From: Eukaryota sp. TZLM1-RC | Taxonomy: Eukaryota; Protista; Metamonada: BaSk clade | Direction of reading: 5' to 3' | Assembly: GCA_040285825.1 (NCBI GenBank) | Contig: JAUPSS010000012.1 | Span: forward strand, 310,001-374,000 | Length of the DNA stretch: 64,000 bases | Part shown: in pieces, positions 34,601-45,189 of the stretch | Layout: each line of letters opens with the position of its first letter | How positions within the stretch are numbered: the first letter of the stretch is position 1 | Notes under the pieces: generated by a model | What the model saw: only the letters and a program-made list of their open reading frames with translations | Database searches by the model: none | Told to the model about the DNA's origin: nothing | Made by a program: the position numbers and the translations under genes

Positions 34601-37600
34601 GGGGAACTTTGGTTAACCTGCACCATAAATAACGTGGAAGTACAAGGCGAAATCGATAATGGAGCTGCATTTTCAGCATTATCAATGGATTTAGCCTCTA
34701 AATGTAATATGACAGTTAATGACAATAAGACTGTCGAATACTTATCGGCAAATGGTATTCGCTCCACGACCCTGGGATGTGCAAGTGGTGTTCTTGCTCT
34801 AAATGTGGGTAGCTTGGCCACTCAAGTGTTTTTAAGGATCGAATTCCAGATCATTCCTGGTACCAATAATTTTTTGATCGGAAGAGACTTATTACAAACC
34901 TTGGGGCTACGCAGGGAGCACGGTTTTAATATTAATTTGGATCGCGAACATCGCACCATCTTAAATGCTGAATGTGAGTTCGATAATAGAATTTGTCAAC
35001 CAATTAGATTCATTGAACAATTGAGTAATAAATCAGACTTAGGTAATGATTTTGGGCATTCCACATTTAGACATGAGTTAGATGAGTTGGGCTGTAGAAT
35101 ATGCCTGGATGACATTAGGGACGAGGAACGCCTAGTCGTGCTACTCGAAAAATATAGAAATGTATAGTGGGCTACCTCACCCGGATGGAATTGATTGTCA
35201 GCCGATGACCATTCCATTTTATGACGAAAGTAAGGTCGTCAAAAGGAAACCTCGAAGATTAAACCCAGAAAAACAACGGGTAGCCGAGGAAATTTTTAAC
35301 GAATTGATCCGTAATGGATTTGCTGTGCCCGCAAAGTCTCAATTCAGTAGTCCCATCTGTCTTGTGATTTACCCTGATCACAGGAAACCACGATTAACTG
35401 GCGATTTTAGTGGTATTGGTGGAGTAAATGATTTAACTAAACCTGTAGAGGCAAATTTGCCCAGGATTAGCGACATTTTAGAGTTTCTAAGTAAAGCTAA
35501 TTATATAGCAACTCTAGATTTACCTAAGGCATTTTGGCAGCTCAAAATTGCAGAAGAGGATATTGATAACACTACCGTATCAATTCCCGGGATGTCGATC
35601 AGTTTTAAAAGGGCTTGTTTTGGTTTGAAGAACGTTCCTGCAGTCTTCCAAAACATGATGATGGAAATATTTGATTCTGAGGGTGTATTTATTTATATCG
35701 ATGATATAATAATAAAAGCTTCAACCCTGGATGAATTTCTATCTAGAGTAGGTACGGTCCTAGAACGCGCCAAACGTTTTAGAGTTAACCTTGGCCTACC
35801 CAAGTGTAGCTTTACCACTTGCAAACATGAAATAAAAATTCTAGGTAGTATTTTTGTAAACAAAACCCGATATATAGATGAATCTAGGATCGAGGGACTG
35901 ATCAACCTACCCAAACCCAGGACATTACCTGAAGTTAGGAGTTTTATAGGCTCGATCAATTATATACGTGATTGGTTGCCAAATTTGTTTGACTTGATAG
36001 AACCAATCAACAAATTAACCAGAAACAAACCGTCAAAAAATCAAGTGGGCTTCTGATCGTGATGAGGCTTTTGATAAGATTATAAATCTTATTAAAACAA
36101 ATATCCCTCTTGAACTGCCCTCAGAAGACAAGCATATTTTAATAAGTGCTGACGCGTCCGATGTGGCTGTAGGTGGAGTAATATGGCAAGAAGCTAACCC
36201 ACCTAAAGATCCTACGACACCGCTAATTAAGAGAAAGGTTGTACCTATTGCCTTCTTTAGCAGATTATTATCAACTTCACAAAAGAATTGGTCTGTACTT
36301 CAGAAAGAGTTGTATGCAATTTTACTAATTCTCACTGACAGTAGTTTAGAAAACTATTTAATTTCGAGGAAATTAACTATTTTCACTGATCATAGAAATT
36401 TAGCATACCTCATATCAGCTCCTGAAAAGAACAGAATTGTGAAGAGGTGGCTACCAATATTGTCAGAATTCAATTTTGATGTAGTCCACACTGCAGGCGA
36501 GGAGAATTATTGGGCAGACATGTTGTCTAGATTGGTTGACACCAAACCCAAAACTCCTCGAGTCCAACAAGTGAGAAACTTGGCACCTCACAGAGTTGAA
36601 GAACAATTACCCTATTTAAATTTATTAACTAGAGTTAATTTGTTAAGGGATGATATTACTCAACCGTCCACAATTGAGCTACCCACGATCAATAGCTTAT
36701 CTGCACTGAAAGAAGCAGTTGAGGATACTAAATTTGATTTATTTGACACTTGGATCTCAAAGATTAGGCAAAAACAACTTATAGATGTTGATTCAAATCC
36801 TGATTATTATAAGATTACAATTATAATTCAGATATTCAATTGTATACCAACAATCGTGGGAAGATTGTCATCCCAGATAGTTTAAAGAAGCAGACTCTAA
36901 CTATCATTCATGGACATGCAAATGTTGGCCATCCTAGTGTGACGACTAGCGTAAAGAAATTACTCAATAGTGATTACTTTTGGCCCGACATGCGCAAAGA
37001 CATGATTAACCATATTAAGAGATGCCCAGCATGTCAAAAGACGGCGCATGTGCCTAAAAATGTCATTGAATCATCTGGCTCTCTTTGGGCTGATCGACCT
37101 TTTGCACGATTAAACGCAGACACTATTGGACCATTACAACAAGATGATAATGGATTCAAATATTTAATAGTTTTTGTAGACTCGTTCACCAGGTATACGA
37201 TCATTTGCCCTGTAAAGGAATTGAATGCAGTGGAGGCAACCAATCACCTCCTATGGAGTGTAGTATCAATTTTTGGTATCCCACTGTTGATTCACAGTGA
37301 CAATGGTATTGAATTTGCAAATGCCATATTCAAAGGGTTATGCGATTTATTAAACATTGAAGTAAGTCGTTCACTAACTAGCTTTTCACAAAGCAATGGT
37401 TTAGTAGAAAGACGACACAGAGACATTTTACAAAGTCTAAGAAAGATTTTGGTGGACTCTGGCGATTATAGCAATTGGAGTGAATATATCCCAATTGTAC
37501 AACTTCAAATCAATTCAACTGTTAGTAGAGTTACTGGTCATTCGCCCTACAATTTAATGTTTGGTAGCGACCACAGCCCTAGAGCTGATCCTAGTAATAT

Positions 37601-38252
37601 GTTTGAATTAATAAAATCAGCTAATGTTAATATTCCCTTTGTTAAAGATCTTGAAGCAAAACTTGAAAGGATTTCAAAGAAGAGAGAAGAGGCAGAGCTC
37701 AGGCAAGCTCAACAACTGCCTGAAGTTAACAAACATAGGAACCCTTTTAATAAAGGTGACTTAGTTTTGCGATTAAAGATTAATGGTAAACTCCATGGTT
37801 GCTTCGCTGGCCCTTTTCTCGTTGAAGAAGTTAAATCCAATAAAAGTTTATTACTCAAGAATCTTGTCACTGGTTCGATGTCTACGGCAAGTATAAATCA
37901 TTGTAAACTATACCTTTCAGACTTCCCTAAAGAAGATCTTTATTGGCATAAGAATATTGCTGCTGGCGATATGGAAGAATCTGTAATCGTTAAAATTATA
38001 GATCACTTTGATTACGTAGAGTCGAACAATAATAAAGTTCCTTATTGTACCGCAGTTTGGTATGGCGGCGAGACTTCGTCTGTCCCAGTTGCTGACGTCA
38101 AAAGCACTGAGGCATATCAAACATATTTGCGCTCTATTAGTCCTCACACTACCAGGAAACGGAAGGTATCTTCTAATTCCAAATCTAAGACTAATTCCCC
38201 TGCAGTCAGTACTCGTAGCTCTCGTTCGATATCTAAGAGAGGGAAAAGGTAG
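31604..38252 (+). pseudogene. Element C single gag-pol ORF (four lesions) with GPF motif and C-terminal chromodomain-like region
   Basis: CNLCKTNKHPEEKC, IDNGA, YIDD, ADAS, HSDNG, NGLVER, FAGPF. Lesions: TAA at 32552 (TAC in D), ~35165, 36035-36040, ~36813. Confidence 0.92.
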
Positions 38253-38364
38253 TGTTGTACTGTGGACAATTAGTCTAGTACATTTATATTTATATAACAT
38301 AGTTCACTAGTGATGGCCTTTATAAGGGCCGGTGAAATTCTAATAAATTATTCCTTATTCTTTG

Positions 38365-40087
38365 ACTAAAAATGATTGCATATATGGATGATGTTGTGCT
38401 TATTGGTGAATTAAATATTGTGAAAAAAGCAACTGTATGTTTTAAAGAATTATTTACCAAAATTGGTCTCCGACTTAATTTACTTAAATGTGTTTTGTTA
38501 TCGAATTCTCCAGTTTCCACAATAATTGATGATATTGAAATTCAAGCCAAATTATATTCAATTGATGCTATTCGTCATTTGGGTTCGTTTTTAGGAAATA
38601 ATGATGAAATTACCAAAAAATTATTTGAAAAGTTGGACTCAATTTCTGACAAAATTGACCGAATGATGAATTTAGATATAAAAAAACACATCAAATTTAC
38701 CATTATAAGACTGTGTTTTAGTTCCAATTTTAATCATATATTTCGATCTACAAATCCTCTCGTCACTAGACCTTTGGCTCAAAAGTTTAATGAGTTACGT
38801 GCAAAAGTTCTGTCTCAATTACTGGGATGTAAAATGTTTCAAATTCCAGATCATGCTTACCTTAGTCCACAATATGGTGGTTTAGGGTGGACGAAGGCTT
38901 CTATTCTTACCTCGTGTGCTTTTGTTGGTGGATGCAGAAATGCAATCTTTGAGTTCTCCGAAAGATTTGCAGATTGGGAAGATTTATTGATGACAACGCA
39001 AAGTTCCACTGTTTTTGCATTAAATGAAGAAATTTCAAGAATTGATGTAGAAAAATGGGGTCGATGTTTTCCCCAATCATTCAATGACAATATTCCAGAA
39101 AAAAATGTTTTAAATTTGAAGTACACTCTTCGAACATTACAGAAAAGATTGACTGGAGTGTATGAAAAAGATCTTTATAATAATATTTGCAGCTCGGCTG
39201 TTTTAAATCAAGATCTTCACTCATTGTTATTGGAAAAGGGTGTTTGTGAAAACAAGGTGTCAGATTCTTCACTTTTTGTAACCATTGTACCACGAAGATT
39301 TGGATTGTGTGCTACTAATGAAGCATTTGTAACAAAAATGAGATTATATTTGAACATCCCCATTAACCAATTATTATCAAAAGAAAAATGTATTTGTTCG
39401 AATTCACCTCAACTCACTTTGCGCCATGCTCTAAATTGCTCTAAATTGATAACTTATCGTTCTTCATTACATGATGCTGTTAGAGACACTGTTTTCAATA
39501 TGGCACAAACTGCAAGGATATCGTGTATCAAAGAGCCCCTGCTGAAAGAAACACTTTCTCTGAATAATTTTGGTTCTGATGATAGAGGTGATGTATACTG
39601 TGATTGGATTGATAATTCTGAAGCTATTGTTGACTTTGTCTCATGTAATGTTGCAAACGATACTTTGGTTAACAGAAGAAAACTTAATCCTGTGGCTGCT
39701 CTGGATTTTTAAAGCAAAAGAAAAACATAGAAAATATGATAAAGAATTTGAAGATGCAAATATCGATAGAAATACACAGCTGGTTTTTATTGCTTTCCCA
39801 TTTTCGATAAATGGAAGATTATCAGTTGAAGCAGAAACTTTTTTTGGATGACTTCCAAAAAATGGTGAAAGAAAAAACAATGAAAAGATTTGATATTTTT
39901 TTATGGCGTTCACGGATTCAATTTGCCATTATTAATAGATTACCGCGGTTTTTCAATCGAATTAGAGAAGCTTTAGCTAGACAGCAAGCAAATCAAGATT
40001 TTGTAGAGGAAATCTTGGTTTAATGATAGTCGTCCCATTAGTTATGATTTAATTTAATCAAGTGTGCAAATTCAATAAATTAAATAT
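38365..40087 (+). mobile_element. 5'-truncated CRE-like non-LTR family 1 copy inserted in the 3' LTR of C
   Basis: 10-bp TSD TTATTCTTTG (38355-38364 / 40088-40097); YMDD, CICS..H..NC, HDAVRD, KEP, RGD; nearly identical to 54977-56692. Confidence 0.95.
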
Positions 40088-41968
40088 TTATTCTTTGTTA
40101 TCATATATGGATAGAGCATCATGTACCCATATCCCAACTATTAATAAATTCCACTAAAAGCAGAAAGACAGGTTTTACATCTTACGAACTAATGTTCGGA
40201 TCTTCGATTAGTCCTAGATCGGACCCTGCTAACATATTAGGAAACTTATCAAAATTTGATTCCAATATACCTTTTTAGACGACATTAAAATGAACCTCCA
40301 ATAGCTCTACGCCTTGCAAGAGGTCTAGACGTAGTACTAGAATTAGGAAGTGATGCTAATTCTCAGTTTAGATTAGGTTATTTGTAGTTATTTAGTTATT
40401 TAGTTATTTGTTTATAGTTTAGATTCATATTTATATAAGCCTATTAGCTCTGAAAAAATGAAAAAGCAGTGTTGGCGCCCTAAGACTTTTATAATATGAA
40501 TAGAAAATAAATTATCCTTATCTCAACCACTTTTGCAACCTAAGGCAACACTGTAAAGGAATTGAATGCAGTGGAGGCAACCAATCACCTCCTATGGAGT
40601 GTAGTATCAATTTTTGGTATCCCACTGTTGATTCACAGTGACAATGGTATTGAATTTGCAAATGCCATATTCAAAGGGTTATGCGATTTATTAAACATTG
40701 AAGTAAGTCGTTCACAAACTAGCTTTTAACAAAGCAATGGTATAGTAGAAAGACGACACAGAGACATTTTACAAAGTCTAAGAAAGATTTTGGTGGACTC
40801 TTGCGATTATAGCAATTGGAGTGAATACATCCCAATTGTACAACTTCAAATCAATTCAACTACTAGTAGAGTTACGCGTCATTCGCCCTACAATTTAATG
40901 TTTGGTAGCGACCACAGCCCTAGAGCTGATCCTAGTAATATGTTTGATCTAATAAAATCAGCTAATGTTAATATTCCCTTTGTTAAAGATCTTGAAGCAA
41001 AACTTGAAAGTATTGCAAAAAAGAGAGCATAGGCAGAGGTCAGGCAAGCTGATCAACTGCCTGAAGTCAGCAAAAATAGGAACCCTTTTAATAAAGGTGA
41101 CTTAGTTTTGCGATTAAAGACTAATGGTAAACTTCATGGTTGCTTCGCTGGCCCTTTCCTGATTGAAGAAGTGAAAACCACTAAAATTTTGTCACTCAAG
41201 AATCTTGTCACTGCTTCGATGTCCACGGCAATTATTAATCATTGTAAATTATACCCCTCTGACTTCCCTAAAGAAGATAAAGATTGGCATAAGGATATTG
41301 CCGCCAGTGATATGGAAAAATCTGTAATTATTAAGATTATAGATCACTTCGATTTTATGGACTCGAATGATAATAAAATTCCTTATGGTACCGCAGTTTG
41401 GTATGGCGGAAAGACATCCTCTGTCCCAGTTGCTGACGTCAAAAGCACTGAGGAATACCAATCATATTTGCGTACCCTTGGTCCTCGCACTACCAGAAAA
41501 CGGAAAGTGAATTCCGATTCTAAATCTAAGACTAATTCCCCTGCAGTAAATTCTTATAACTCTGGCACGAGATCTAAGAAAGGGAAAAGGTAGTGTTGGC
41601 CTTTTTGGTCACGGCCAACGAAATTTAATAAAACATTCTTGGCCTTGCTGTGATCTTATGCCTAACCTGACCGCTTCAAATGTGAGATGAAACTTGTTAT
41701 CCATATTGATCATCGGCACAGCTTCACGATATTTTGCTGTGTTTGAAGGTAATTGTTTCAAATTTGGACCTTATGAGAACCATATTGTTGTGTGGGTTCG
41801 TTGTTGTGAATAGCACACTGTATTGTGATACAAGGTGCGATAGTGTGCGATGTGGTTTTGAAATGCAATTGTTGAAAATCACCTAATCCTTAAAGAACAT
41901 CAACCATTGAACCTTTTACAATGAAGATAAAATCATGGATATTTTACAAATAAAATTACAAAAATCTA

Positions 41969-42758
41969 TTATAAGTCTAACACGTCTAAATCATTGCTAA
42001 TGGATTCATTACTCTGATCTAATTGAAACTTCTTTTTTTCTTCATCGACATACTTTTCAACTTGCTCTAAATAGTCAAGCGCTTTCCTGGCACTTTCCTT
42101 ATTAGTTCTGACCTTGTCCAGTGCATCATTCATTAGTTTATCCAAGTCATTAAACATGTACTCACGATTTTCGCAAATTTCCTTGTACATTTGCTCATGT
42201 TTTTGAATCAAATCACTGCAAGACTTATCTGTGTTCTGTGAGTGCGAAAACCTAGATCTCAACCGTTGTTGGGTATCTCTCATTCGAACTCTAGAAGAGG
42301 AAAGTATGGAATTATTAGCAGAGGAACGAAGACGAGAAGCTGTGAGTGCAGGGGAACGGGATAGAGAGGACTTGGAGAAACGTTCAGATCTAAGCAAAAG
42401 GTCTGAGACGAGTGTGGAAGTTCTAGAAGGATTGGGAGCAGATTTTGGGGTAGCGTGTGGAGAGGTTGCTTCAGGGATTGGTTCAGCACGTTCCACTGAT
42501 GGTTTATTGTCTGCAGGAGAGGTTGTTGTGGAAGAGGGAAGGTCATGTTCTGGTATTGGAGAGATATAGCTTCCAGGTACAAAACCCTGTGAAGTAGTGT
42601 TTAAGATTGTACATTGTACCCAGTCATCAGGATTATAATCAGCTACGATGAGAATAACAAGATCACACACCATCTGACGACAAATAATCCCCTGCAGATA
42701 CTGTGAGCTCATTCTCATCTGTCCCTTCAAAGTCGTAAAGTACTTTGAAGTATTGCAT
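41969..42758 (-). CDS. SH3-domain protein with C-terminal coiled coil; intron 42643-42670 (28 nt)
   Basis: Spliced N-terminus MQYFKVLYDFEGTDENELTVSAGDYLSSDADYNPDDWVQC...GFVPGSYI is a complete SH3 consensus. Confidence 0.88.
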
Positions 42759-42789
42759 TTGAATTTGAGTGTGTGAAATGAAATCAATG

Positions 42790-42918
42790 GTTCAGTATAA
42801 GTCTGTGAATTTCATCGGAAATGCATACATCAAGTCAAGTAGCATTCCTCCATTCCCTTATACGGTTTCCTTTTCAGGATCACAGCGCCCGAAGGCAATA
42901 CATGGATACAAACAACTA
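42790..42918 (-). ncRNA. Putative Fanzor omegaRNA scaffold (guide would extend into ~42770-42792)
   Basis: Directly 3' of the Fanzor stop. GCC-UUCG-GGC hairpin, CCU-GAAA-AGG hairpin, CUGUGA/UCACAG stem, GGAAUGC..GCAUUUCC stem, GUAUAAG/CUUAUAC pseudoknot pair. Confidence 0.72.
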
Positions 42919-44912
42919 TCACTCTCTCACCTCCCTTCTAAATGTCTCTGGTCTGATCCCAGTAAAATGTTCAGAAATCGCAATCTCTAGCTGATTTCTT
43001 GAAGCGGAAATGTCTCTAGACCAGCGTTCATCACATCTAGGACATTCAAAGTAAGCATTATTGATTCTTCGAGTGCCTTCATGATACACCTTCCTGTGAT
43101 GTACCTTGCAACAATTGGTTTTGGCAGATGTCATGTATTCATCTCCAACCTTCACATTGGCAAAGTATTTCTTTACTTCTGTCAGAAACTTCTTAGTTGG
43201 GGCTTTGGTGGATTGTCGAGAAGGTCCATTACCACCATTACCAAAACCAAATAATAGTTTCCCTGTTATTAGCTAGTCTCTTAATTTTGTTAATAAAATG
43301 AATGAACCTTTTTTGTCTTCTTATCACAAAATCAAACTTATTTCGTCTCAAAATTCTCTCTGTACTATTGGACAAAGTTTGGGAAACCAAAGAAATTGTT
43401 TCCTGCTCATCATTCCTTATCAGTGAAGCTATTTCAATGAGATACCTGTTGAAGCTCTCAACGGAATAAGTGTTCACAGAGGATTGAGTGAGTGGCTGGG
43501 GAAAATCAATTACTTTTGCTTTCGGATTCAGTAGAATTCCAGATTGTTCAACAATTACCCTATTCTCTTGTGAACAATGTCCAGTTGTCCAACCACCTAA
43601 ATTTGAATGGTTTGGATCAACCGCCACGAAAAAAAGGTCTTCTCTGATGGGAAGATCCTGCGAGCAATCTTGAGACCGTCTCGCAATTTTCCTCGGTCGG
43701 TTAGCTCGCCCATTTATTCTCTTATTTCGTTTTCTAGTGGAGTCTCTGAAATAAGGACGACTTTGACCCAATGCTTGAATTTCTGAATTTTTTCGCCTGG
43801 TGCACGTCTTTTTGGGTTTCTTTGAAAAAGTGAAGCGCAATGAGAGTCCATTGCTAGAAATTGAGAAAGTTTTAAATTTTTTCTTGTTAAAAAACTTAAA
43901 AGGGTTCCGTAATAATTGTTGGTTAGGATTCAATTTTTTGAAATATTCCAGAGCTTGTTGATTAAAAGGAACAAACCCTAGAACTTTGGTGGCAATTGGG
44001 GACAAGGCATGTCTTCGAAATACATTTGGGCATGTACTTTCTAGACGATGTAAAATTGCCAATCCCCAATGGCTTATCAACCAACAATTATAAACAGTGA
44101 CATCCAATTCATCACGCCTCAGGGCACGCGTATACAAATCATTAGATGTTACTGTTTGGTTCCAAATTTCGGAAATATGAAAATGATATTCATCATACCA
44201 TTGTCTTAAATTTGCAGAAATTGTGGAACTGGAAACCACATAACTGGCATACTTTGATGGAGCAGGACACTCCATCTGCTTACCCATAGACCTGAAGAAA
44301 TTCAGTTTCCAGGTCACAGGGCCATCGGTCAGCAGCTGTCTGTGAGCTGATTCGAGTTGAACAGCTCTATTGCTAAAAAGAGCAGCCTGACAAAAGGGTG
44401 GATGTTCTTGGCCCTCTACTAACGGAGGCCACGGCCAGGTAGCACTTGATGTCATATGCGTAAGAGCCTCATAGACATCAGGGTTAGTGCTCTTGAAAGG
44501 CTCCCTAATTTTAGGTCGACTGTGGGTGACGCAGTCGAAGCACTGCGACCAGAATTGACGGTGAGCGAGCCAGCAGGACAGATGCGGATATTCTAATAGA
44601 AGCTTTCTTGCCAATAAGGTGGCATAGAAAGCAACATCTCGTAAGTGAATAAGCTGTGCCTCAATAGCTTGAGCAGCACGAGAGGCAAAAGAATCTTGGG
44701 AGGCTTACAGGCACAGTCGTGGTTGTGGCAGACGGGAGAGGGTCTGGTGGCGGGCGAACTGGAACTGGGAGTGGCCTTTCGCCCTCATTTAAGCCAGTAC
44801 TTGGGTGGTGCACTGCTTCTGGAATCCAACCATTATCATCTGGTGATGACACTTGTCTCTGAGGACAAGTACGTCGGTTGTGGGTGGCCGCCCGGCAGAC
44901 GGAACACGGCAT
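42919..44912 (-). CDS. Fanzor1-type (eukaryotic TnpB) RNA-guided endonuclease, ~663 aa after correcting two +1 T-run frameshifts (plus-strand A-runs 44687-44690 and 43243-43246)
   Basis: RuvC-I FVAVDPN; IIWFGNGG...APTKKF; RuvC-II VGDEYMTSAK; Zn ligands CC...CPRC; RuvC-III WSRDISASRN; terminal GIRPETFRR. Confidence 0.87.
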
Positions 44913-45189
44913 AGTGTCAGACAATCAGAAATGATTGATTGTTGAGTTTGGGTTATTTTCAAAATTTGGTGTCGATGTCGACAACTTTTTCTTCTATTTG
45001 CTATATTGAAATAAAGATTGTTTAAACAGTTTATTAAAGGTACATCTATCGAGACATCAGGTTTCTGTTGTGTTTCTCTCTTGAAAGCAGCATGTTGTGT
45101 CACTGATGTTGGTAATTGGGTTTCAAATGGTTTGCCGTCGGTTTCATCATCCAAAATTCATCTTTATCAAACTTTTTCTTTGTTTTTCA

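Larger units (their letters stand above)
31483..40121 (+). mobile_element. LTR retrotransposon C inserted in the integrase of B
   Basis: 5' LTR 31483-31618 (136 bp); 3' LTR 38253-38364 plus 40098-40121 (1 mismatch); TSD TGTA (31479-31482 / 40122-40125); removing C restores B's WSTYVPISQLLINST. Confidence 0.95.
25405..40550 (+). mobile_element. LTR retrotransposon B inserted in the integrase of D; itself interrupted by C
   Basis: 81-bp LTRs 25405-25485 and 40470-40550 (3 mismatches); TSD CTGA/CTGT (the intact target in C reads ttgccctgtaaagg); PPT GAAAAAATGAAAAAGCAG. Confidence 0.95.
19800..41678 (+). mobile_element. LTR retrotransposon D (C-family relative), split by B into 19800-25404 and 40551-41678; chimeric
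   Basis: Colinear with element C. Degraded C-type 5' LTR at ~19800-19890. Integrase resumes at 40551. PPT and a different TG-starting LTR-like sequence at 41594-41678. Confidence 0.85.

Noticed and set aside
44654-44708. Intron (GTAAGC...CAG, 55 nt) repairing the first Fanzor frameshift
   Set aside because: It does not match this organism's GTNTGT donor or 26-35 nt size; a single T-run indel is simpler
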